A stretch of DNA of 64,000 nt, from the NCBI RefSeq assembly GCF_036321535.1, contig NC_087437.1, positions 5,456,001-5,520,000 of the forward strand, written 5' to 3'. The notes under the pieces were generated by a model that saw nothing but the letters and a program-made list of their open reading frames with translations, was not told the DNA's origin and searched no databases. How positions within the stretch are numbered: position 1 is the first letter of the stretch; each line of letters begins with the position of its first letter. The position numbers were made by a program, and so were the translations under genes. The stretch comes from Camelus dromedarius. Its lineage: Eukaryota. Of the stretch, positions 25,886 to 38,480 are shown piece by piece.

Positions 25886-28800
25886 GGGTCCGTCCCTCTA
25901 GCCTTACATCCCCTAAAAGACTAAACAAACATCCCTTTTCTCCTTGCAGACTGGGGTTCCTCCCCCCACTCCCCCTGCCCGCACAAATCTCTCATCCAGT
26001 CAACTGCACCTTAGACTCCACCAGATCTGAAGCGTACAGGGCACGGTTGCCAAACCCCAGCTGCTGGCCCAAGTTCTCAAGCACAAGGCAGTTTGAACAA
26101 GAAATGTGGAGTTCCTAAAAGCAGGACTTGTACTCGCTAAGTTTCCACTGCTCATTCTCAAAGAGAATTGGCTCAAAGAAATCCAAGCAAACCATAAGGT
26201 GGCAAAATTTGTTTTCAAAGCTGCCCCCAACCCAAGTCAAACACCCTCTCCAAGGTGCCTGCAGGACCTGAGTGCCCTACGGGTCTGTTTCGCAGGGCAA
26301 GCCCAGCGCAACTTCTCCATCCGGCTGCTGCTCCCCGAGGCCCCGGCGCTCTGATGCATGAGTCCTGCTGTGATAACCAATACCGCGTGGATTATTGCGC
26401 TGGTTCCTCGCTTGTCGGCAGTGAGGATTTTGTGGGTGGGGATGCACAGAGTTTGTGCAAAGAGGTCCTCAAATCCACCCACAAGCTTTACTGTCCATGA
26501 ACTCAGTCTCTAACGTGTCTCCCACAGGGTTATACCACTAGTTTTCAGATGTATACACGTGCTCTTGTGATGAATCGCATTTCATTGAAAGCGTTAGATA
26601 AAGCATTGGATCATCAGTAGACACTGTGGTATGTATACACACCTCCTGCCACGCGAGAGTTAAACCCCTTGCTTTGCTCTACTCAACGGGAACTTCCAGA
26701 GCTAGTCTCGTGATGCTCCCGGTGGAGAGTCAGACGCAGAAGCAGTTCAGCGGGTGGGAACGTGGAGGCCACCTTCAGAGCGCGCTGAGATGGGACCTCA
26801 GCTCGCCTGCAGCGCAGCTGTACTGAGAAACACAAACCCGCGGCCGTGAACGGGGGCAGCTGTGCCCGGCAGGGAGCGCAGCAAGCACCCTGGAGTCCAC
26901 TCTCTTCGTGTGGAAAAGAGTCCGACCCTACGTGCATCACGCGCACAGGGCATGCAGATCATGACCACAGGCAGCAAGGACAGGGGGCAGAATGCCTAGG
27001 GGTGAGCAGTGGGAATGTGTCTGAGGAAGCTGCTGGCCCTCCAGCTTCAGCCATGGCTCTCTGATCACAAGCAACAGAGAAGGACTCTGGACAACTGAGG
27101 CCAGAAAGGAAGTACAAAGAAGACAAGCTGAAGAACCAGATCTCAGAAAGGATAGGCAGGGATCACGGGAGCAGACATTTTAGCAGAAAATTTATCACAT
27201 TTTCCATCCATGTGATACTTTACCAAGACTGGGATGCTTGAGGAAGAGCATGGGACTGGCTAGAAAAGAGCAGGATACCATGGGTGGCAGCCTCCCCTCA
27301 ACCCCCCACCAAGACTGGGGAAGGCATGACTTTCAAAGAAAACCAGAAACCAAGGGGGAGGATGCTGAGCATGGAGGTAACAGCAGGTGTCAATCTGAAG
27401 ACTCCATCTTTCCATCTTTAAAATGGGAATAACCACAACGCCATAATAAATCACAGTCTATAGTGTGGTTCATGGGACGTGCCCAATATGTCATAGTCTC
27501 CAGACCTTTCCTCCAGAAAACAATGGTGATGTCATGGGCTCTCTAAAGAATGCATCCCCAGCACAGATGAAAGAATTTTCACGGCCAGCCCTGTCATTTG
27601 ACAGATCTCTGGGACCTCAACCTTCAGCAAGCAGTGGATCTCTGTAGATTGATCCATCACTTCTTGCCAGGGGAATACAAAAGCAGAGTTTTGCACGAGC
27701 CTTTTCTTGTAGGTAGACTGGGACTCTGGGGGGAGCCACCCAATGGTTGAGTCACCTGAAGTCAGGGTCCTTAGAGCTGTTCCTTTCTGACATTAACGCT
27801 CTCCCTCTGGCTCCCAGTGTTCTTAGGATGTACGTTCACAGGAAGCTATGGCGGTCTGAACAATTTCATTCTAAAATCTTATATTGTTTTTACTTCCCAC
27901 TGATCCAGACACACACACTCACACACACCCATTTCCCTTTAAAAAAGAGTGACGCAAGGTCAGAGTTACATTTTGCCCACACATCTTTCAGCTTCGGGGA
28001 TTGTCTGTTCCAGTCTGGCTGTGGGCACGTCCCAGACACCCCTGATGGACAGGCTTGGCTCTTTCCTCCACTCTTTCTTGGCTCTAATTTTTGCCAACTT
28101 AAACATTTTTGCTTAATGTCAACATCTTCTTTCCAGTGAACCAGGCATTTCTGTTTCTTCACCATTTGAGGGTTTTTTTTTTTTGTCCTTGTCAAAAGTG
28201 TGAAATCTGACAGATTCATTGACTAATCAAGAGTTATTGAAAGATGAGGATATTGGCAAGTTACAAATTTTAAAAATCCAGCTCTGGTGAATTTGCTTGA
28301 AATAATGAACTATAAGATCCTTTCATCTTTCAGGGTCTTTGTTTTTTTTAACGCTAAAAATAAAGTGATTAAGTTGTACTTTTCAGCCGGTGAAGGAGTT
28401 TATTTTTCATCCTAAGACAATGAGAAGACATTGAGTGATATGTAACAGAGGACAAAATGACCAGATTCGTGGGTTTAGCAGATCTCTCTAGCTATTGAAA
28501 ATGGAGACTGGCAGTGGGAGGTGAGATTGGAGACAATGACAGCAGATAAAAGCTTGTGTTAATATGAGCAGAAGGTGGCAAAAACCTGGACCAAGATGGT
28601 GGCAGTAGAGTTGGAGGGAAGTAGAAATCCAGGGGGAAATGACTGAACTCAGCGATCGGCACAGACAAAACTCAATCAGAAATTAAGAAGGTAAGGTAAA
28701 TAATGCCATGCGCAAGAAGACAGAATTGCATTCCTAATTAGTCTCTTCTTCAGAGCAAACATCACAGCTGAAATATAGCCATTTGGCCGTTACGTCTATT

Positions 28801-30910
28801 TCCTTAGGATATACCTCCAGCATCAAGAAAGTCAACTCCCAAAGACCTACATTCTTCATAACTTCAGATGACAAAGGTTATTGAAAATAGACAGTGCTGA
28901 ATAACTAGCCTCTCAAATGTTTCAAGAAGAATCCACCACTCCCCCCAACCCCCGCCTTCTCCACCACAGACACACTTTAAATTGAACAGTAAGCATATTT
29001 GGGAAAGAAACCATCTCTTTACGTTTTTTTCTCCCAAGACGGATGGTGTTCTTACTCAGAGTTGTAAGTGTCAGAATAAAGAATGCCTGTGAGGTTTTAG
29101 TAAAGGGAGATAAACAGACAATCAGAAGCCTGATTGTGGTTTTTTTAAAAAAAGACAATTTTCCGTAAAGGAGTTCTCCTTTGGGAAGAGAAACTTTCCT
29201 TTATAATCTTTGCAGCCACACACAGATGAAGAGCATGAAGAAGGCATACTATATCAATTATGGAAACACGGCTATGTATTAAGAGAACACAGACTTTTTC
29301 CAGATACGTCGTAAATCTGCAATTCAGGAATTCTAGATCAAAACAGGGATGCCTGCTCTTGTTTCTGCAATCACTCTGATTTCCTTCTTGCTAAACACTT
29401 AGCACCAATAACACCTTAGATTAAGCTCAACAAGTGTTTGTGGATGAAAAACTGTTCAGAAAAGGGCATATTAGTGAGGCTGCTTGTACTAGATTTAGAT
29501 AAATATCTTATTATTTACAAGTTAAAAAAAAAAACCCTGCTTCTGGCTCTCTTGGACAGAAAGGGGTGTAATTGGAAAGACATCTGGGGCTCACTGACTT
29601 GATGGTAGATTGGGGTCCCAGAACCAAGGGGGCTGTGAAAAGGACCACATCCCAGGAAACCATCTGGTCCACACCCCTCCTCAGCCTGCAATGCACCAGG
29701 ACCACCACCTGCCCCATGGTTTTCAGGATTCTGAACTTGGAGGGCAGGCTGAGCCCAAGGGGCAGGACCTTGTTCCCTGACTGTGTTCCTCCCTCTCAGA
29801 CCCCCCATGATGGAAGATCCCTGAGAGGATGGTCACAGAGGGGAGTGGATGCCGGACAGCCTCTGAATGACCAGTGTCCCGTCCAGGTCCCCCTCCCAAG
29901 TTGTTCTTTCCTGGGTTCCTTAGATCTGACTGATTTATCCAAAACAGTGATCAAATCAGATCCCATTAATACGATATTAGAACTCAGACAGGGGTGGAGT
30001 GGAGTTTAACAATGGTGTTGACAAAGACAAGAAAGACATTTATTCATTTCTAATAAATGCAAGGTCTCTGTACAACAGAAAATGGCTTAACTACTTTAGA
30101 GAATTACACGTTTTTGGAATCCCAATGAATGTATTGGTAGTCTCACCATATAAGTAGGTCAGTTATTTGGGCTGGAATTTTACTTTCAAGGGATAAACGA
30201 TTCTTTACTTGTTAAAATTTAGCCCTAAATGGCAGTGCTTAACTGCTTTTGAGCAAATAAAGTTTGATTTAAAGAAGAAGAAAGTCAATTATTTAGACTG
30301 CCCTAACTCGGGCTTTCCCGCCTATGAAAAGACCCCTTTACATAATCCTTGAGTCATCAGTATCTTCATAAATGCCACAATAATGAAGACTAACTATTTA
30401 TATAATACCCCTTAAAATGTTTTCATGATTATTACCTTACCCAGTTTCCCTCACCATAAGGTATAAATTATTCCAGTTTCCACCACTGTAAGGTAGATGA
30501 ATTATTCCCATTTTATAGATGAGGAACCTGACATTCAAGGAACTTACCCTAGCTCAAATAACCAGTGAGTGTCCATTCTTCTCTCCCTTTCACTTCACAT
30601 GGCCCCTTGTTGTTTTATATATATATGTGTTTTTTTCATAACTCACTTATTTTATTACTGTTCCAGAAGCAAATCCAAAATAAGAAACTATAGAGGAAAT
30701 CAACGCCAAGTCTATTCATCAACAAATGTTTACTGAGCCCCACTGTATCAGCAAGGAAACAGGCTAAGCTGCTGTAACAAAGAGACCCCAACTACAAAGG
30801 CACAAACAAAATAGAGTTTGTTTCCCCCAAATGACCATCTAGGGTAGTGGGCAACTCAGGGCAATTCCTCTAGGGACCCAGGTTCATTTTAGCTTGCCCA
30901 CCTTCTGGGG

Positions 30911-31488
30911 CAGAGATTCCCCAATTTTCTTGCTTCACAGCTCCCTTAACATCTCAGGAATTTTTCACCCACAGGTCAAAAGAAACACCCTAAAGATTTG
31001 TCTATGAATTAGTCAGTTTCAAATGATTTAAGCATGTCTGTCTTAAAATAACTCAGCAGCTATTTGGAAAAAAAATCATACAAACAGATCAAAATAAATA
31101 CTATTTTCTTTCATTTTTAAATAACCACAATTGCTTACTAATGGTACGTGTGTGCCTGCTGGGCATGGCACAAGGTCTCCATCCTTGGACTCGGACTGGA
31201 TACCATCATTACTTCCTAGCCCCTGCTGATTTTTGCACAATGCATGCTTTTTATCAAAGCAACCATCTGCAGCCCAGCTTCACAAAGACATGATGTCATG
31301 ATCTAATGTTGAAATGTGAGCTATTTCGAGCTAGTAGTTTTAGTCAGGACCTAAGAGGCTAATGCATTTCCCTCAAAAATCTAAACCAAAAAAAAAAAAA
31401 AAAAAAAAAATCAAAACCATCCTTCAGTGCTCCTTTGTGTTTACTGCGGCATCTCAGGGTGCCTCGGCATGCAATTTGAGAACCACTG
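30911..31488 (+). mobile_element. hAT-Charlie family non-autonomous element
   Basis: Charlie-type termini cagagattccccaa ... ttgagaaccactg. Confidence 0.6.
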
Positions 31489-34250
31489 TCCAGGAGTGCT
31501 GTCCTGTTCCCCTGGCTGTGCAATTCACAGCACCACACCCAGGCTGGCTTCTTCTGGAGAAGCAGTGCCTTCCCACCTCTCCAGTGATCACTTCCTCAGC
31601 TCTTCCCAGGCTCCTGTGGTTACCTATCACCCTAAGTGTCACACCGGGAGGAACATGTGCCAGTGAGTCTCCCAGCAAGGTCCTCAGCCAGCGGAGACCA
31701 CGCCTGCTCACCTCACCCCAGTCAGACGCCCACAGCAAAACTCAACCCACTTGCAAAGAGGCAGTGAGGACGTGTGGGCTCCTGCTCGTGTTCTGAAATG
31801 ACCCACACTCCTCCAATCCTGTGCTCACCTGTGACACCGATAAGACTTTAAACTGGATTGAACTGTAAGGAGAGAGAGTTTTCCCTGTGTCAGGCATGCT
31901 CCACCAAAACACGGGAAACGGTGTGTCAGTCTGAAATGGCAGGTTGTGGAGGAGACCCCATGTTAACTGGAGCAGAGTGGAGTGTCTTAGAGACGTCCCA
32001 ATCTCCTCGTGGAGAAGGACTGCTGAACCACTGGGCATCTCAGGAACCGCTGGTGTTGGTGTAAGAGCAGAGCAGCCCTCGGGCAGCGGGGAGAAGTCCA
32101 AGTGTCTTTGTTGGACCGCGGCTGAATTTGTTTGCCCTTCCAAAGCCCCCTTCTGCTGGGTGATAGACACTGAATCGCAGGCAGTCCTGGGGTTCCTATG
32201 ACATGACACTGAACAGTATCAGATCGCTGCTGTTTGATCATTTCTAAACACACAGTGGCAACTGTGGATGGTTCCAAGCATATTTCGGCTCCATCGCTCC
32301 CAGGGCTGAGTCTGCACTCCAGGGGCTGACGTGGTGACAGAGCCTGCAAGGAAGGGCAGTGTCCTTCATGTCCCTGGTTCATGAAGACCTCCCCTCTGGC
32401 CCTGCTCGTCTCCAAGGCCGCTGTGAAGCATGCGATGCCCACATCCCCCGTGGGTGGGTGTGAAATGTACCTGCCCAAGCCGCCTTTCTCAATGAGAGGT
32501 ATGAACATCCAGACTCTCCCCTCTCTTTCCTGCTCTCTGGAGTGAGAAGGACCCGCTCTTGCAAACTCACTTATTCTTCCAAGTCTATTGTTTCTGGCAT
32601 AAATTTAGGGCTTTCATTCCTTTCGAGCTCAGATTTTTAAGAGCCTGTATCCCTCAAGCCCTGAAAACATTTACTTCTGAGCATCCTTCCTCTGAGCCAG
32701 CAGGTGCCTGCAGTGTAGTTTGCATAGAAGAACTGCGTGGGGTGAAATATCATGTTAGTATCAGCGTATTTATCCTGCTCTGTATTGGGGTGCCTTGCCC
32801 CCCTCTGCCTTAATCCACTGGACTGGGGCGGTCAGGGGCCTGGGCGAGAGTCCCGACTCCACGTGTCCAAGCTGTGCAGCCCTGGGCAAGTCACTTAACC
32901 TCTCTCTGCACATCAGTTTCGTCAGGCCCTCAGAGTCAGAAAACCTATTACCAACAGGCCCAAACCTTGTAGTATGCAGTCAAAGATATTTAGGCAGAGA
33001 GAGAAAAAATCTCCCAGGTTCAATGAAAATGGAACTACTTCCTGGTGCGTTAGGAATAGCAAGACTTAATTTTTTTTTTTTTACCCAGAGATATCATATT
33101 TAAAGGCATCCGTGTATACTTGCTTCCCCCTCCTTTATCCGCACTGGCCAACCCAAATGGGAAAAAGATGCAAAGCTGATTTCTGGCTTGGACTACTGCC
33201 TGTTTAGCTACCACGTGTGGTGAAACGCCATTTTCCCACTCCGCTGTTTATTCTTGCAAACACACGGGCTCTAAAATTGGCAATGACTTTCTCTTTGTTA
33301 TATTTACCTTCCTTTTCGGGGCCAGCCCAGACTCCTGGGTGGATGCATTTCCCATTGAATTACCAGAATAGGGCAAACTCCGATAGGAAGAACCACGTGG
33401 AAGAAAGCTCCGTTCCCAGGCCCTGACACAAGGGGATTTGTCCTCTGTCTACAGCGGGCTGGGGGCTGTGGGGGGCTGAAGCGGACATCCTGGCCCCTCC
33501 CCCAGCATTCTTTCCCCACCACGCGGTGGTATTGTCCTTTGTGCTCACACACAATCAACTAGGCGGAGTGGCCGGGTGGGCAGCCTAGAAGGACCCCGCG
33601 GAGCATAAGTAACCCCTTCTCCCATGCCGAGGGCCCACCCGACAGCCCCACTCTTAGGGTGCCTCTGCCCTTGGTCCTTTGAAAGAGGAAACACCCCAGG
33701 AATGGGCTGAACTATCAGGTAAGTTTCAACCGTGAGCTTCACAAACTTTACATCTGAGGACACAGGGCAGCTCCGAACTATACTAACCGACAGAGGATCC
33801 CTAAGGGGCCCTGAAGACACACAGCTTTGCGGGGGGCCAGCCTAGGATGTAGGAGAAAGGCCCGGGCCAGAGCAGGCATTTCTCTGTGTGGCTGCCTCCT
33901 GACAACGCCCCAGCCATGCACGGTGACAGCCTGTCCCTTGTCCTGAGTGCAGCCGTGTCTCTGACCCCGGGGTTCTGAGACCACCCACTTTCTAAATGTG
34001 CCAACCCGGAGAAATCGCTTAACCTCTATCCAAACCTTGGTTTCTCCATATCTAAAATGAAAATAGTAAACCTGCCTACCTGATACGGTTGTTTGAAGCT
34101 GAAATGAGACAAAATGTGTCTAAGGGTTCTATGATTTGTAAAGCACCGTATATACATAGTTTTTCCTGACTCATCTTAGACTCCTTTGGGAGAGATCTTA
34201 AATCTATTCTTTATGTTCAGCCTCTCCGAATTCAGGAATCTGGACAAAAG

Positions 34251-34773
34251 TATAGTAGGGAAGAATAAATCTGACTTCATATTAGACCTGTTCCTTTGGC
34301 GCAAACCCTGTGCTCTGTTTCCTGGGCTCAGTCCTGCTGGTTGTGCACCTTCTGTAAAAGAACATTGCCTAGAGCCTGAAGTACACAGGAGAGCCCGTTT
34401 TCAAGGCTCTGACCTTTAAGGGTGTAACACTTTCCCATTCGTATAGAGATAAAAAGTTGCAGAATAGAAAATAACATTTGCCTTGTTGGAGGTTTGCAGG
34501 AACATCATGACCTGACCTACAGGAAAAAAGGATTGCGACACCAACGATGTTTGCAACACCAACGATGTTTGCAACAACCAGCCACACCCCTTACCCTTAG
34601 TGTAAAAGGAGCCTGAATTCTGACTTGGGAAGATGGTTTTCCAAGAAACTAGTCCCCTAGCTTCTCAGTCTGACGGCTTTCCGAATAAAGTCTTTGTTCC
34701 TTGTCCTGCCACCTGGTCTCCCGATTTACTGCCCTGGCGTGTGGCAAGCAGAACGAGTTCGGACTCGGTAACA
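34251..34773 (+). mobile_element. ERV1-class solo LTR (MER41-like)
   Basis: 4-bp TSD AAAG (34247-34250, 34774-34777), 3' end ggactcggtaaca, AATAAA at 34685, TATA-like gtaaaag; well preserved. Confidence 0.85.
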
Positions 34774-35884
34774 AAAGCTCAGCTACTCTGCTTGGGTCCT
34801 TCCTGTGATGGGACACTCTCTACCACCTTGTAACAAGAAATTCACTCCCAGCAGCTTCAGGACTTGAGTTTGCTTTCTGTGGGATGGCAGCCACCTGGCA
34901 GAAGCCTAAAGGGACTACAGAAAGGTCACCATGTAGACTCGGTGACCAGATGCTGATAGAGCTTTGTCTCAGATTCTGAAGTGGTCAGCATTCATCTTCA
35001 AAAAGTGAAGGTTAAGCATGTTTGTTCTTGTTTTCATTATCAGAACTACATTAAAATTGGCTCAGGGGCAGTGTGCAGGAGAATGAGGAGAAGGCACATT
35101 CACAGGCGTTCCCAGGCAGTGCATCCACCGTATGAATGTGGATTAAAATGGTTTGTCCAGGACTTCTTCACTTTGGCTATTTGGAGAGGTTGTCTGCAAC
35201 CCTTGTAAATGTGGAAGAAAGCTTTGTCCATGTCCTTTTAGCCAGGAGAGTGCGATGACACCTAAAATACCGGGGGACTCCTAATTTAAATCCCTGCTAG
35301 AAGGAGTGCCCCATAGTCAAGAGCTTTAGTTTCAGCACAAAGGGATATTGGATTTTGCCTTTGGATTTAGGATTTGGCAAGCGTGTGAAATTAAGCACTA
35401 CTTCGGGGGATTTTTACATAGGGGAGCTAGGATTTTATGAGGGTTGGGGCTTACAGTTTAAATCTGCAATCAGCGTGAACACACAAAGGTCACCTAAAGA
35501 AACACGTGCCCCTGTGATAGGCAGAGGGAAATGGAGGCAGGAGAGAAGCTGGCAAACAGGGTTTTGCAAACAGCCGTGCGACAGAAGTTCAGATTCGCAT
35601 GCGTGCATTGCATCCGTGGCCTAAAAGGAATCAGAGGGAGGGTTTAGGAACAATCAAGGGTGAGGAGTCACCAGCCCACAGAGAAAATGTCACTGGCTTT
35701 GAAACCCACAAAGGCAAGTGACAACGAGGCAGAAGCTGTAGGTCACCAACCTAAGGGCCATGATCTACTCCCTGGTTAAAAGAAAACCACTTCTGTTCAG
35801 GAGCTGAGCAGCAGGTGGTGCAGGGAAGGCTGGTCCCCACTGGAGTGTCAGGGTACAAATCTGGGTTCAGCTATGTCCCAAATT

Positions 35885-36230
35885 GTAGTTCCATCCGCCG
35901 TGTCAGTGACTGGTTTAACATGGGCCAATGAGAAGTTGGCCAGAAAGACTTCCAGGGAAGTTTTCTCCATTCTTAAAAAAGAAGAAACCTGCTGTTTCTG
36001 GCATTTGGATGTTGCTGGGGAAGAATGTGATGCTTAGAGCTACTGCAGCCATTTTGTGACCAGGAGAGGCCAAGGCAGCATGTGTAGGATGGCCTTTTCC
36101 ATGTTAGGAAGATAGAAATATCCTGAGTGCTGAATTATGTTTTCCTGCTAAGCCACCCAATGCTAGCATCATCTCCCTAAGACTTACTACGTGAGAAAAT
36201 AAATCTTTCTTATTTACTGAGTCACTCAGA
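35885..36230 (+). mobile_element. MLT1J/K-like MaLR LTR
   Basis: cagtgactggtttaacatgggccaatgaga...gctactgcagccattttgtgacca...gtgagaaaataaat. Confidence 0.65.
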
Positions 36231-36244
36231 CCTGAGATGGCAGA

Positions 36245-36440
36245 GCTAGACTTCCCAGGTTCAAATTCCAGCTTTACCAATTGTGTGAATTTGAACTTCT
36301 CTGAGTCTCTAATTCCTGATTTGTGAACTGAAGATACTGACAGTACCTACTCTGTAGTGTTGTTAGAATTAAATAAATTAATACATGGAAAATGCTAGAG
36401 TAGTACCTGGCATGTAGTAACCATGCAAACATTTGAACAT
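36245..36440 (+). mobile_element. MIR SINE
   Basis: ggttcaaattccagct...aacttctctgagtctc...gtacctggcatgtagtaa. Confidence 0.75.
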
Positions 36441-36540
36441 TTTTTAAAATCATTTAAGTCATTTTGTGTTGAGTCTTCTAGAGTTTGCTTTTGAAAGTAT
36501 TCTGTGCGAAATAGCAACTTTCAATTAGCAGTTTTTCCCG

Positions 36541-37070
36541 TCAAAAAGTTAGGAGATCAACAATAAAAAGACAAACAATTCCTTCAAAAATGGACAAAGG
36601 AGCTGAACAGACATTTCTCCCAAGAAGATATACAAGAGCCGGCGCACACATGAGCAGACGCCAGCGTCCTTCGTCACTACGGGGATGCAAGTTAAAGCCA
36701 CACTGAGGTGCCACCTCAACACCCACTGGGATGGCAATTAAAAAAAAAAATAACCAGCACTGGTGAGAATGTGGGGCAACTAGAACTTGTACATTGCTGG
36801 TGGGATTCCAAAGTGGTTCAGTGGCTTGGAAAACAGCTTGGAATTCCTCAAACAGCCAACATAGGATTTCCATATGACCCTGCAATTCCACTCCCAGGGA
36901 CGTCCCCAAACGAACTGAGGACAGACTTACACGAGCACAGGGGCACAACGTCCAGGGCAGCGCTATTCACAACTGCCAAAAGGTGGAAACAGCCCAAACG
37001 TCCACCAACAACAAATGGATAAATAAATGATGGTACAGACATACGATGGAATAATATTCAGCCATAAAAA
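36541..37070 (+). mobile_element. L1M ORF2 3' fragment with unusually GC/CpG-shifted sequence
   Basis: ORF 36708-37022 retains HCWWD...PYDPAIPLPG...AALFTTAKRWKQPK. Confidence 0.9.
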
Positions 37071-37199
37071 TTGGCAAATAGAATGAGGAAAAATCATAGC
37101 ACACTCAGGACGAAAAACAGCAGAAATATACCACCCAGACAAGAAAGAAGACTCAAACAGTGCAGGGAAACATCATGCACCCGAACGAGAAGGCTCAGG

Positions 37200-38480
37200 G
37201 CTGTCAAGATACCAGTTATTTTCAAATCAACCTGAACGTTTAATGGGACTTCACTTTTTTTAACTTGCCAAGTTGATTTTTAAGTTCTCCTGGAAGAAAC
37301 TGTTTGTGACTAGGTTTTTAAAACGGAAGGGGACAGGCCCTACCAGATGGTAAAACGTATTTCCAAATACTATAATTTAGGAAGTTTGTTACCAACGTAG
37401 GAATGAAAAAATAGATCACTGGATCAGAAATCTAGAAATCAAAACTTACTGTATACTAGACCAGCAATTGCAACAGAGAAGATAGATTAACTATATAGCC
37501 TGGGAACAGCTGGCTACAAAATAACATACCAAAATATATTACAACTGGATTAAATGTTTAAATGAAAAGACAAGACCACAACATAACTAGGAGAAAATAT
37601 GAGTATATATTTATGTCATATTAGGGTGGGGAAGGCCTGGCTAAGCATGACTGCTGAGAAGAAATTCCAGGAAAAAAAATTGCTAGATACATTTGACTAT
37701 ATAAAATTAAAAAGAAATGTCTGTATATAAGAAGTTTAAAGGCAACTAAAAAATTGGAGAAAATATTTGCAATATACATGATCATAAGGAATTAATCTCC
37801 AAAACATGTAAAGAACACTTACAAATCAATAACAAAACAGTAACACCTCAACAGAAAAATGGAACATATGAGCAAAAAATCATTAGAATAAACATATAAA
37901 GAAAGTTTTACCAATAGATTAACCAATAATTAAAAAATACAAATTGCAACAGGGGGTTTTACCAAATTGGAAATATTTTTAAAGATACAATACTCTGCAA
38001 GAATGCAGGGGAATGCACTTATTTCTCTAATTTGGTAGAACCTTTCTGGAAAGCAATCTGACATTATATATCGAAAGTATTTAAGATGTGTCTTTTTATT
38101 GAGCCAGAAATCTACGTTTGGGGATTTATCTTAAAAAAATAATAAAGGATACAATATGGGCAAAGATCTGGTAGGTGTTTATGATACTTAAGAAATAAAG
38201 AAAAAAATTTTAAATGATCATATAGCCACAAAATGGAATATTATGTTGTCACTGAAATAGTGTTACAGAAATATATTTACTGACATGAACATTTTTTTAA
38301 TATATTCAGTGAAAAGAAACTGATTTTAAAATATGTATAATATGAAACAATTCTGTAAAAAGTCACACTATATTTATAGCCACACAGTAAAATATAAACT
38401 GTTTTTCTCTGGGCATGGGGATTATGGGCCCTTTTTCCCCTCGTTGGCCCATATGTATTTACTGATTATTCTTTAATAAA
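37200..38480 (+). mobile_element. Ancient degraded L1M fragment
   Basis: A-rich L1 ORF2-like motifs (ccctaccagat...aaaacgtatt, tttgactatataaaattaaaa, ggagaaaatatttgcaa). Confidence 0.7.

Noticed and set aside
34533..34576. Short direct repeats suggestive of a CRISPR or iteron array
   Set aside because: Head-to-tail 18-bp duplication without spacers inside a mammalian LTR; no cas genes.
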